DNA of 63,769 nt, filler included, from Folioceros fuciformis (Eukaryota): NCBI GenBank assembly GCA_049999805.1. It is 5 parts of 5 records of this genome, joined end to end, with 100 filler letters (N's around TTAATTAATTAA, not from the genome) between each part and the next. Parts side by side here need not be neighbours in the genome. Positions count along the whole stretch, not along the records: positions 1 to 31,291 come from JBNGIO010006113.1; positions 31,392 to 53,324 come from JBNGIO010006114.1; 3 more parts are not named here. One strand, 5' to 3'. Below are positions 26,011 to 37,210 of the stretch, in pieces. The translations under genes and the position numbers were made by a program. The notes under the pieces are model-generated. The model searched no databases. It was not told where the DNA came from and was given only the letters and a program-made list of their open reading frames with translations. How positions within the stretch are numbered: the first letter of the stretch is position 1; each line of letters opens with the position of its first letter.

Positions 26011-27174
26011 CTTGTGATTAAGAATAACATGTTTCCAACATCTTGTTTAGCATTAAATGAGTAATAGCCTAAGTAACAACAACACATGCAAACAAAAATA
26101 TTATTCTCCCAATGAAGAATAGATCTATACAAGGTGTAACCCCATTCCACAACATGTAGGAGTGCTTTTTGAATGAGAAAAAGCTTGCCTTTGCTTAGCA
26201 ATGGAGATTAAGAATGAAAAAAAAAAAAAAAAAACTCACCTTTTCTAAGCAATTGAGATTAGGGTTTAAGGTTTAGCTTGATGTTTTGGATAATGTTTTG
26301 TATAACAAAACACAATGAAACCCACCTGAAACAATACCCAAGTTATGAACAACAGGGCCACGCAATTGCAAGTAGGAAGAGAGTATGCCAAAGGATCCTA
26401 GATTGATTAAGAAGGGCACGTAACTCTAAGTAGAAACAGAGTAGGCCGAAGGATAGATTAAGCACAAATGAAAAACATAATGGTGAAAAAGGTTGTTGAT
26501 GGGAAACACATAAAAAACCTTAAACCCTAATTATGTAGCATGCAACATACTTCTAGTAATTAATGACTTATTAAGTACATATTTAGGGTGTATGTATATA
26601 TATCTTAACAAAATTTTATGGGTAAGTAAAACAATGAGTAGTAAAGATTTTATTAGAATTATAATGAATGAAGATGAGAGACTAACTTCTATTATTACCT
26701 ATTTTAACTACCTACTTAGCCAAGGATATTAAAGTAGAACCTATCTACAACAATTGTTAGGTTCAAAAGATGCTTTGGCCAATGCCCACTGAAGATTATC
26801 TCCCCAACACTTACTATTTGTCCCCAACACTTACTATTTGTCTTATGCATTGTGTTAGCCATATACTCACAAAATGTTATTCTTTGCTACAATTGCTATT
26901 GTTGTGCCCTAGATTAGCCAATGCTTCATACATGTTGTCTTCACTACACTTGTTGTCAATCTTATATACTACATTGACCATATGCTAGACGATAATGGTC
27001 GATTAAGAATGAAGTCTCTATGCGTGTAGAAATTCATAATGCAAAGAGAAGGAAAGTTAACCTTACTCTTCATACTATACTGCTCTCCAGCATAAGCCTT
27101 AAAAAGCTCAAAAATAGCCTCGCCCATAGCCTTATGGGTCTTGATGACAAAGAGGGATATCAGATGTGTGTCCC

Positions 27175-27418
27175 TGTTGCATAATTTCAGATTAAAGAAA
27201 ATATGCAGAAACATATTTACATTAATTGGCTATATTACATTACATTCATGCTTGTCATGTGTATGTATTCTTGATAAATAAGCCCAACTTAAACTACAGC
27301 TACTTACGAAACGGTACACCCCTTTGCTAAGCGGTGTAACCCTAGCGAACGGGTAAGTTAAATTATTTTAAACTATAATAACTAGCTGCAATTATTAATT
27401 AGCACATATTATCCAACA
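27175..27418 (-). repeat. 3' LTR of Copia #1 (244 bp) with adjacent PPT
   Basis: Inverted termini tgttgcataa...ttatccaaca (9/10 match). It is adjoined by ctcccacttgct, which reads AGCAAGTGGGAG (polypurine tract) on the minus strand. Confidence 0.7.
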
Positions 27419-30400
27419 CTCCCACTTGCTGATAATAATTCGGTGAAGTACACAACGGCTTGTACCCCTCACTGCTGACTCCTAGTGAGAAACTCGAACA
27501 GAACACATACTCGATTACGTTCCAGCTGTGAGCATCGCCAGTGAAGATGCCACCGCCTAGTACAGACACATGTATGAAAGCTCCTGAGCTGAGGTGTGTT
27601 GCTGCAATCTGTTTCTTGTTCTTGATCACTAGGTTCCTTTGCGAACTCATACAACGGCGGATTGGAAACTTGGACGGCCGCTGGGAACTACCAAGGAGTT
27701 TCTGGAGCGCAACAAACGCGGTGTGGTGCAGACTGTTTCCAACATGGCTGGTCCCTCTGTGCCTCAGTGACGGCCATCACCACCCCCTGCGCCTGTAGAA
27801 GAAGAAGAGTTCGTGGTTTCGCCCTTTACCAGAGTGCTCAACTTGGATGTGGCATACTACAGTGACGGCTCCAAGAGCCGCATCCCGGTACGCCTGCCAA
27901 AGCCCAAGTGTCGTGGTGAAGAGACGAAGGTTGTGACCTATGGCACCCTAGAGTTCCCTTGCTCTCTGATCTGGTACAAAGCTTGGGTTGACTCGGAGGA
28001 ACTGACGATGAAGAGGGTGAAAGTCCTCCGCTGCAGATGCTTTCTTGGGCATGTTGTTAGTCTGTACATTAAGATTACAAACCCCGTTCACTGCTTTTCA
28101 CTACTGCTGAAGTTGTTGTCTTCAAGTTGCTTGTGGTTTTACTGACTGCTCCCACTTGTTGTGGACAGAGTCCACTAGGCGTATCAGGGAGGAGTGGAAG
28201 ATATTGGAAGAAGCGAGAGCGACTGGTGATGAAGCCAAGTATAAAGAATTGTGCCGCCTGAAGCCTTGCAAAAACTGGGCGCCCGATGCCTCCTTCAAGA
28301 CTAGAGATGAGTCTACCTTTGACACTGTTGAGGCTGGAACTGAGATAGTATTAGACATGATATCTGATTCTGATAACTCAGTCTCCTCGGGCTTTTAGAA
28401 GTAGATGGTTTACTCTGAATTGGATAGGAGTGCTTCTGCATCTCCTATGCCCAAACGTTGCATGTGCTTAAAGTGTAATTCTCTGCTTAAGGCTTTCGTC
28501 AATATGTCTGCTGGATTATCCTGCATCGGGACATATTGTAAATCTATTTTGCCTTCATTCACGAGCCCCCGTATGTAGTGGTATTCTACCTCTACATGCT
28601 TCGTTCTCGAATGAAGAACTGGATTTCTTGCCAAGGCCATTGAGCCCTGATTGATAGTATGTATAGTGATGCACGTTGGTATTTGAATACCTAGCTCCTT
28701 AAATAGCAACTGACACCAAACGATTTCCTTTGTAGCCGGGGTCAGGACCCGATATTCTGCTTCCGTTGAAGACAAAGCAACTGTTGGTTGCTTTTTGCTT
28801 GACCAACACACTGGACCTGCTGCTATGGAAATCACATATCCTGAAACCGACTTTTTGCTGTCGATATCACCGGCATAGTCCGAGTCTGTAAAGACTTCAA
28901 GGTCCAAGGGCTGTCCTTTTTTATGCTTATACGTAATCCCTAACTTAGATGTACCTTTCAGGTATTTGAATGCACGCTTAAGACTTGTCCAGTGCTATAC
29001 ACCTGGATTTTCCAGAAACTGTGACAATACACTCGTAGTGTAAGCAATCTCTGGTCTTGTTGTATTACTGGCGTATATCAACTTGCCAACACCCTGTCTA
29101 CAGAGTATGTTTTTCACTTGTGCCTTTTCATCTCTAGTTACAGGTGACATGGTCTTGCTTAGTTTTTGACCCGCTGCCATGGGCGTTGATGCAGGCTTAG
29201 CATCCTTGAGGCCAAGCTGCTCAACACAATCCAAGAGGTAACGTGGTTGAGTCAGAGTCATGACCCGAGTCTTCCTGTTCCGTTGGATGTGTATCCCTAG
29301 GCAACTCTGTAGGGGGCCTAAACAGGACATCTTGAATTTGGTGGCCAATACATCAGTTATACTTGTTATGAATGCCTGGCTGTTACTGGATAGTATCAAA
29401 TCGTCCACATAGACTGCTAGGTAGCATATAACCTCTCCTTTCAAGTATATGTACAAGCTGCTGTCAGCCTAGCTCTTTGTGAACCCAAGCTGTAGAAGTT
29501 CTGTGTCTAAAGCAGCATTCCATTTCATTGCTGATTGTTTTAACCCGTATATACACTTGATCAGTTTACATGCATAGTTTTCCTTTCCTTTCACTTCGTA
29601 CCCTGGTGGTTGTTGCATGTATATCTCTTTATCAATCTTGCCATATAGGAATGCAGTTTTAACATCATACATCTGTATCTCATAATCATAGTATGTTGAT
29701 ATTGCAAGGAGGATACGAAGTGTGGAGAGCTTAACAACTGGTGAGAACGTTTCAAGATAATCCAAGCCAGGGATTTGAGAAAATCCCCTCGCCACCAAAC
29801 GAGCCTTGTACCGGTCAAAGGTACCATCCGCTTTGACTTTAAGTTTAAAGACCCACTTGCATGAAACCAGCTTTCTGTCAAGAGGTAACTCCACCAGTTC
29901 CCATGTTTTGTTTTCAATTAATGAGTCATATTCTGACTGAATACTTTCTGCCATTCTTTGTGATCAAGTTGACGCATTGCTTCTTCATATGACTGAGGCT
30001 CAATAGGATCAAGTGAACTTGCAGCGTTGACGAGCACATGAGAGGAAGATGGACGAAAGTCCAAAGCACGGTAGTAATCTGGAGGTTGACGCTGACGGGA
30101 TGGATACCGTCTACCAGGTTCTTCTGCAACTTGTGGTAGATCACGTAAGTCAGCATCTAGGGTAGGCTCAATGATATCAGCAACTTGTTCTTGAGGATGG
30201 TAGTCATGTGGATCCGGAGGATGATCTGGAACATCTGGCTGTACAGGTACTTCAATGGCATCATCAAGGCCAACAAGCTCAAAACCTGCAGGATCACCTA
30301 AATCATCAACCGAATTTCCCCCCCCACAGGGGCAACATCCTCAACGGGAAGAACTAGGGTGCTGTGATCAGTCTGGTCAAATTGCAAATCAGGGAAGGCG

Positions 30401-31291
30401 GATATGTCTGAATCATCAATGGAGGAATCCTTGGATGCTCCCACTGAAGACCAAGTGCGCCATTCAGCAAAGGTAACGCTTCAAGCATATACAATCTTGT
30501 TTTTAGAGGCATCATAAAGCTTATATGCTTTAATGCCTTCTATATACCCTAACATCAATAGTTTTTGAGATTTATTAAATAACTTCTTCCGTTTTTCCTT
30601 AGGGATATAGGCGTATGCGATACATCCAAAGATACGCAAGTGGAGTATAGAAGGCTTGCGCCCTGTGAACGCTTCATAAGGGGTAAGACCAACTAACAAA
30701 TTTGTAGGAAGTCTTTTTTTAAGGTAGGTAGAAGTCATAATAGCCTCTGCCCAGTATGGCAAAGGAAGCTGAGCATGATGAAGGAGAGATGATGTCATTT
30801 GCTGCAGTGATAGGTTGTTTCTCTCAGCCACGCCATTTTGTTGAGGCGTATAGATAACTGTAAGCTGGCGACCAATACCCTCAACAGTACAGTAATCCCG
30901 AAACTCATCAGAGGTAAACTCTCCCCCGTTATTTGATCTTAGGGTTTTTAATTGTTTGCCGGTCCATCGTTCCACATACTTGAGATACTCTTTAAAGTAG
31001 CTAAATCATTCATCTTTGTGCTTTAGAATATAAGTTGTAACAAAACGTGTCTTATCATCTGTAAATGTTAGGAAATACTTGCCACCACCAATGGATGCTT
31101 GTGTGAGTGGGCCACACAAGTCAGTATGGACAAGTTCCAAGACATCTGAAGCTCTGTGTGGCTCTTTGTTCTTGAAGGCTGCTTGATGGCGCTTCGTAAG
31201 AGCACAAGACTCACATAGTGGAAGTGGCACAAGAGGACCTATCTGCCCATGCTGGTACAAATCACTTACAGCTAGTTTTTGTAGCTTAACA
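27175..31291 (-). mobile_element. Ty1/Copia retrotransposon #1 (degenerate; 5' end lost in gap): GAG-pre-integrase, integrase, RT, RNase H, 3' LTR
   Basis: LELVHTDLCGP, NGGEFTS, TPQQNGVAER, CKWVFKLK..YKARLVARGFSQ, YVDD, FTDSDYAGD, SRTKHVEVEYH. The domain order is INT-RT-RH, with many stops and frameshifts. Confidence 0.93.
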
Positions 31292-31391
31292 NNNNNNNNN
31301 NNNNNNNNNNNNNNNNNNNNNNNNNNNNNNNNNNNTTAATTAATTAANNNNNNNNNNNNNNNNNNNNNNNNNNNNNNNNNNNNNNNNNNNN

Positions 31392-34300
31392 GGCAGACGG
31401 CAACTCGGTCAGGCTGCAAGCAGGCAGCTTGGCCTGGTTGTAGGCCACCAGCCGTTGTAGGAAGGCGGCCTCATAGCGGCAGCGAGGACAGGGTGGTATG
31501 TGGTCTAGCCAGGGCAGATCCGGCCAAGCAACTAGCTGATCAACTGGGCAGGCGACTGGTCGCGGTGGGGCCAGACATGTGCTGGCCGGATCGCCTGCCA
31601 GCCAACGAGCAGGTCAGAAGCAGGCGGTTCCGGCCAGGCGTCCAGGTAGCCGCGGGGTAGCTTGGCAGCAGGCTGGTGGGCAAGCGACCGGCAGGCGAAC
31701 TTGCCTGGCTGGATTTGGAGGCAGCTAGCGGCCTTTGGTAAATTGAACAAGGCAAGCAGGCGACGGCCAGGGGAGTTGGGCAAGCGGGCAGGCTGCCTGG
31801 CCAGATCCAGGCCGGGCTGGCCAGCGGGCGAGTCCAGGCACCCGAGCCGATTGGTAGGGGGGCCTACCAGATCCGGCTCGCTTCCCAGCCGAATCTAGCC
31901 AATCAGCAGGTTGGCCAGGCCACGGGCAGCAGCGGCCGTGGATGGCGTGCGACCGGATGGCGAGCAGGATCGATCGGCAAGCCTGGCGGGTTGAGCTAGG
32001 CTTGGCTAGATCCTGGCCGGCAGGACACTCCAAGCATGGCAGGCCGAGGCCGAAGTTGGAAGCCGGGCGCTGGCCTGGCTGTAGGATCCCGGCAGGAGGC
32101 AGGCAACCGAGATGGACCCAAGTTAGCTAGGCCGGGGGGAAACAAACTGGTCGTGGCTGGAGGTGGCTGCTGGCTAGAAAGGTGGTAGCTTGCAGTGCCT
32201 GGCCGNNNNNNNNNNNNNNNNNNNNNNNNNNNNNNNNNNNNNNNNNNNNNNNNNNNNNNNNNNNNNNNNNNNNNNNNNNNNNNNNNNNNNNNNNNNNNNN
32301 NNNNNATTCAGGGGCCGACTGGCTAGGCCTGGCCAGTCGGCGGGCTGGGCTGATTGGGGCCGGCGAGCAGGTAAGGCCCAGGAGGGGCAGGCTGGGGGAA
32401 CAGAACGGGCGGCTGGTTGGACGGATCCTAGTAGGTGGGCCTGGCTGGATCGCCATGCGGCCGCTGGCTGGCTACAGTAGCAAATCGGTCTGCAGGCTAG
32501 CGGGTTGGATTTAGCCAGCGAGGGGATCGGCCTGGCTGCAGCTAGAGGCGGCCAGGCAGATAGCCCAAGGGCTAGCAGGGACCAAGCGCTGGCCGGCCAG
32601 GCAGGCAGCCAGAGGTGGCGCTGGATCCAGGCTAGACGGGCCTTGGGCTGATCCAAGCGGTAATGGCTGGCAGGTGAGTTTGAGGCGGATCAAGGCAGCC
32701 AGTGGGCCAGGGAGATCCTTGCCGAGGGGGAGTTCGGGCCAGGAGGAATCTTGGCGGGTGGCGGGCTATTGAAGAGCTTAGGCAGCAGCCCAGCCCGGCT
32801 CAGCTGCTGGGAAGCAGGCAGGCTTGCTTGCAGGCTCTTGGACTGGTCAGCAGCAGGTTGGTGGAGCCAGGTCGAAGCCAGGAGCACGCCAGGCAAGCAG
32901 GATGGATCGTAGCCAAGCAGCAAGCGGGGCGGATCCAAGCTGATTGGGACCAAGGTTGGAACCGAAGGCTGGCAAGCGTCCTAGCAGCAGGATCCCACGC
33001 AGCGGCTGGCTAGGTGGGATCATGGCAAGTAGCCGGGTAGGCCAGGAGGGCGGCTGCCAAGGTCGAAGATAGGACACTCCAGGGTTGTGGCAGACAGGCA
33101 AGTAGGCGGAGCTAGGATGTGCAGAATCGGGCTCAGCGGGATTGAAGCTGGCAGGAGGCCCAACGGCAGTCGAATCCAAGCAAGGCGGCTGTGGGCTTCG
33201 GGGTGATTCGGGCTCTGGCCAATCGGCCAGAGCCCTACAGATCGAGTTGCAGGCAACCAGTAGCGGCAGTGGATGGCGTGCGGCTAGGCGGCGGGCAGAG
33301 TCGATTAGGCAGCAAAGCGGCCGGGGAAGGACCCGAGAGCCGGGCAGTGTCTGGCTGCAGGAACCCAAGCAGCCAGGCATGCTGGCTTCCGGCCTCTAAG
33401 CAAACGAAACCAGCAGCCAGCCAAGCCGGGCAGGCTGGTTGCCTGGCTGGATTCGGAAGGCAGGAGGCCAGTGTGTGGCCTCGGTGCAGGCGGCTTGGCT
33501 GGCGCTGAAGGCTGGCTGCATGGGAGGAAGGGGCTCTAGACGGCTGGGGCCGGATTCAGTCGGCCAGGCGGATGAGAGGGGAGCGCTGGCCTCCAAGTGA
33601 CCGACGCTCCGAGCAGGCGAGTGCCAAGATTAGTCTAGCAGGCTGGCTGGTTGGTGGAGAATCTAAGCCTAGCCGGATTGTTGGGGCTGAGCGGGGCCGG
33701 GGTGGCAGGATCCAGGCAACAATGGTAGGTGGGCCCGAATCGTGATAAGCAAGCGGCAAGATCCGAACTTGTTGACCAGACGGGCTGGGTCGCCGCTCAC
33801 TAGCGAGGAGATTGATCGGTAGGCCGGGCAAGGGGTTGGCAGTTAAATTTGGGCCGGGTAGTGTAGTCAAGTAGGTGGCAGGATAGAGATTGATCAGCAC
33901 AGTAGGAACCAGCACCCCCCTCAGGATTCATTGTAGGATTACGGCGGGCCAGCTTTGGACCAGAACGATGGATGGCAGGCAGGAGCTGGATCCAAGCGGC
34001 TAGCAGGCGGCCATTTCTCAACGGGCTGAGCAAAGCAGGGCAGTTGGGAGGAGGTTCGTGACTCTAGAGAAAGAGGGAACAATGTTGCTGTAGGCCTTTG
34101 GAGCGGTCAACCTGGACAGCACCGAATGCGTTCGTAAGCCAGGCATTGCCATTTCTGCAACTAGATTGGAGCCCGAGCAGCCGCATGACATAATTAGCAT
34201 TTTTCTTGCAGGCGGGGAGCCAGATGGTGGGATGGCACTTTCAGGTGCTAGGTTTACAAGGCTGCTCCTCAAGGGCATCAGATGGGTAGCTGGGCTGGAC

Positions 34301-34440
34301 CATGGGGCCTCCTTGGCCAGCAGGATGGGGAGTAGACGACTGGAGGAAGGTGGAGGCTTTGAAGGGTTGCAGGATGATTTGAAGGAAAGGGATGATCCGA
34401 GAGAGGAGAGGAGAGTGTGAGAGGCTAGTGATTTTTGGTA
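31392..34440. repeat. ~3-kb GC-rich, G-skewed degenerate repeat region
   Basis: Recurrent ggcaggc, ggctagc, ggatcca and gccgg motifs. The ORFs are only low-complexity Pro/Ala or Gly/Arg. Confidence 0.55.
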
Positions 34441-34477
34441 GGGAGCAACTAGCGGTGTCAAGGGGTCACAACCCCTC

Positions 34478-34605
34478 TTAGGTCGGGGTTAGGTTAGGTC
34501 GGAATCAGGGTTAGGATTATGTCGGATTAAGAATAGGTCAGAGTTAGGGTTAGGATTAGGTCAGAGTTAGGTTTAGGTCAAAGTTAGGGGCGGCTTAGGT
34601 CAGAG
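34478..34605 (+). repeat. Degenerate telomere-like TTAGG(G)/TTAGGTCAGAG array
   Basis: ttaggtcggggttaggttagg...gttagggttaggattaggtcagagttaggtttagg. Confidence 0.6.
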
Positions 34606-34630
34606 AGAGACTGCTAAGTGGTTGACTCAG

Positions 34631-34808
34631 GCTAACCCTAGTAGACAGAGATGGAGGATGAGGCTAACCCTAGTANNNNNNNNNNGCTAACCCTAGTAGA
34701 CAGAGATGGAGGATGAGGCTAACCCTAGTAGATAGAGATGGAGGATGAGGCTAACCCTAGTAGACAGAGATGGAGGATGAGGCTAACCCTAGTAGACAGA
34801 GATGGAGG
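34631..34808. repeat. 32-bp tandem repeat (at least 5.5 copies, contains a small gap)
   Basis: Unit gctaaccctagtagacagagatggaggatgag. Confidence 0.9.
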
Positions 34809-35242
34809 TTTGGGCCAAGGTAGTATAAGAGGTCAGACCTGTCATTGAGAAGGGGGCTGTCTACGGTGCGATTTCCTTGGACCTTGTGTGCAGAACTCCT
34901 AGCCTAGGACGCTGACCTGGTTGAGACTGAACAAAGGTCCTGATTTCCCTTGCCACTAGGGGAACATGGAGGATCCCAAGACTACCAAGATCCGTGTGGC
35001 CGGATCTGCAAGGGCTGAATGATTCGCAGGCTGGCTGAAGTGAAGTGACAGGAGCGTGAGCCAGGAGGGCTATCCAGTCCTAGCATCCACACTACGCTTG
35101 ATGGCTGTAAGGAGTGAAGCCGTTGTGTCCCAACTTCCAGGGGATAGCTGAAGCAAAAAGAAGAAGAGTTGGAGTGAAGTGCCTAGAAGTAAAGAGTGAG
35201 TTGCTGAGGTGCAGGAGTGTGTGCTGAAGTGAAGGGAGAAGG

Positions 35243-35405
35243 GCTGAAGTGAAGAAGGAAGGACTGAAGTGGGGATCATGAAGAGCTGAAGGACTGAAGA
35301 TCTGGAGTGTGAGTTGTATGAGCTGAAGTGAAGAAGAGAGGACTGAAGTGGGGATCATAAAGAGTTGAAAGATTGAAGATCTGGAGTGTGAGTTGTGTGA
35401 GCTGA
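35243..35405. repeat. ~80-bp tandem duplication in a CTGAAG-rich tract
   Basis: gctgaagtgaagaag..ggactgaagtggggatcat.aagag.tgaa.ga.tgaagatctggagtgtgagttgt occurs twice. Confidence 0.75.
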
Positions 35406-36999
35406 TTTGAAGATAGGCTAGGCTTCTGGCCCCCCTTGTTGTGTGCGTGTCGATAGGTCTATAGAATGGCTGATAGGTAGAGGTGTGAGTAGATAGCTGT
35501 AGGTGTTCCTTGACACTAGTTCACTCCCTTGGGAGCAAATCATAAGGCTGCAACGACAATTAGGGGAGGTGTGGCCCTTTGGTGTTTCTTGGGTGCAAGA
35601 AATCACTTCACACCTTCACCCAACTGAAACAAGCTCTGAGCTCAGGGCCGATCTTGGCTGTGGCAAATTCCAAGGGGATCTATCATGTGCACACAGATGC
35701 ATCAGATCTCGCCCTTGGGGCTTATCTGTCCCAGGAGGGACGGGCGATTGCCTACGAGTCCCACAAGCTCCAGGGAGCACAAGTTAATTACCCAGTTCAT
35801 GACAAAGAAATGCTTGCCATCATCCATGCACTCATGGTCTGGAGACATTACCTACTGGGAAAGAGGTTCACAATGCACACGGATCACCATTCCCTCCAGC
35901 ACTTCTTTACCCAGCCCAACTTGAATGCATGTCAGCGGAGGTAGTCAGAATACTTAGTTGATTTTAACTTTGAGATTAAGTACATCACTGGAGCCTCTAA
36001 CGTGGTAGTAGATGCCCTCCACAGGCGAGCTCTCACTTTGATGACCTCTCAACTGGACACCATCAGGCTTGTCCAAGCAGCCATCCCAAGAGATCTACAC
36101 CTGCAGCAGATATACCAGCAGATAGTACAAGACACAGCGGAAGGCATTTGATGCAGACTTACCAGCTCATAGCTTTGATGCAGACTTACCAGCTCAAAGA
36201 CACTTGTGTTTACAAGAAGGGTCGATTGGTGATTCCTCAACAGCTGAAGGAGATCTAGAGAGGGATCCTGCACGACTCTCTCATCTCTGGACACTTAGGT
36301 ATCGACAAAACCTATGAGCGGGTGAAAACCCATTTCCACTGGGAGGGCCTGCGAAATGATTGCATACAATGGGTCAGAAGCTGCACCTCCTATCAACAGA
36401 CAAAACCAGAGCATCAAAAAACACCAAGGTTGTTGTTACCTTTACAAGTACCTGAGGGAAGATTCCAATCCATCTCCATGGACTTTGTGACTGCCCTTCC
36501 CCGCACACGTACAGGAAAGGACAGCATATGGGTGGTTATGGACATAAAGTCCAAGTGCTGCCATTTCATTCCAGTGAATTCCAACGTCATAACCCCATGA
36601 CTTGCCACCATATTCACAAAGGAGATCTTTACGCTTTATGGGTGCCCGTAGAATATTGTCTCAGACTGGGACCCCATGTTTACAGCATGGTTCTGGCGAT
36701 CCTTCGCCAAAACCCCGGGCATCCGACAGAGCTTGTCCTCCACATGCCACCCCGAGTCAGATGGTCAAATAGAGCACCAAATCCAAGTGCTTGAAGACAT
36801 GTTGCGGCATTATACACAAGACAAGAAAGGCAAGTGGGAGGAATTCTTACCCCCCCTCGAGTTTGCCTACCATAGCTCCAAGCACGCCGCCACAGGAGTA
36901 TCCCCCTTCAAATTGCTGTATGGCAAGAATCCACCACCTCCCGGACTCTGGCCAGCTAGCGAAGCCAAGTGGAGAAGTGCAGCCGAGGTTGCAGAGGAC

Positions 37000-37210
37000 T
37001 GTAAACTATCAGAAGATAGTCATTTAACATAAAAAAATGCAAGAGAGCCAGGAGGCTGAGACTTTGTGTACAATACTATATATGTGTATATCTCAAGTGT
37101 TTTAAAAACAAAACTTTGTCAATATATATGGGCAACCCTAAGGGTATGACCCTTGAATATAATTTAACCTAAGCAGGTTAAATATGGTTAATCACTAATT
37201 AACCCTAACA
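37000..37210 (-). repeat. 3' LTR of Copia #2
   Basis: tgtaaactatc...aaccctaaca; 7 mismatches versus the 5' LTR by manual alignment. Confidence 0.95.

Noticed and set aside
26960-27174. Possible hAT-like transposase fragment (HLISLF...GEAIFELF) at the Copia #1 insertion site
   Set aside because: Too short and degenerate to support without a search.
31337-31348. TTAATTAATTAA inside N runs (also at ~53369, ~58411 and ~61710)
   Set aside because: Identical six-frame-stop linker centred in gaps; an assembly artefact, not biology. ORF ends at these sites are artificial.
31532-34461. Many overlapping Pro/Ala/Gly/Arg ORFs
   Set aside because: Stop-poor GC-rich repeat with no domain signal.
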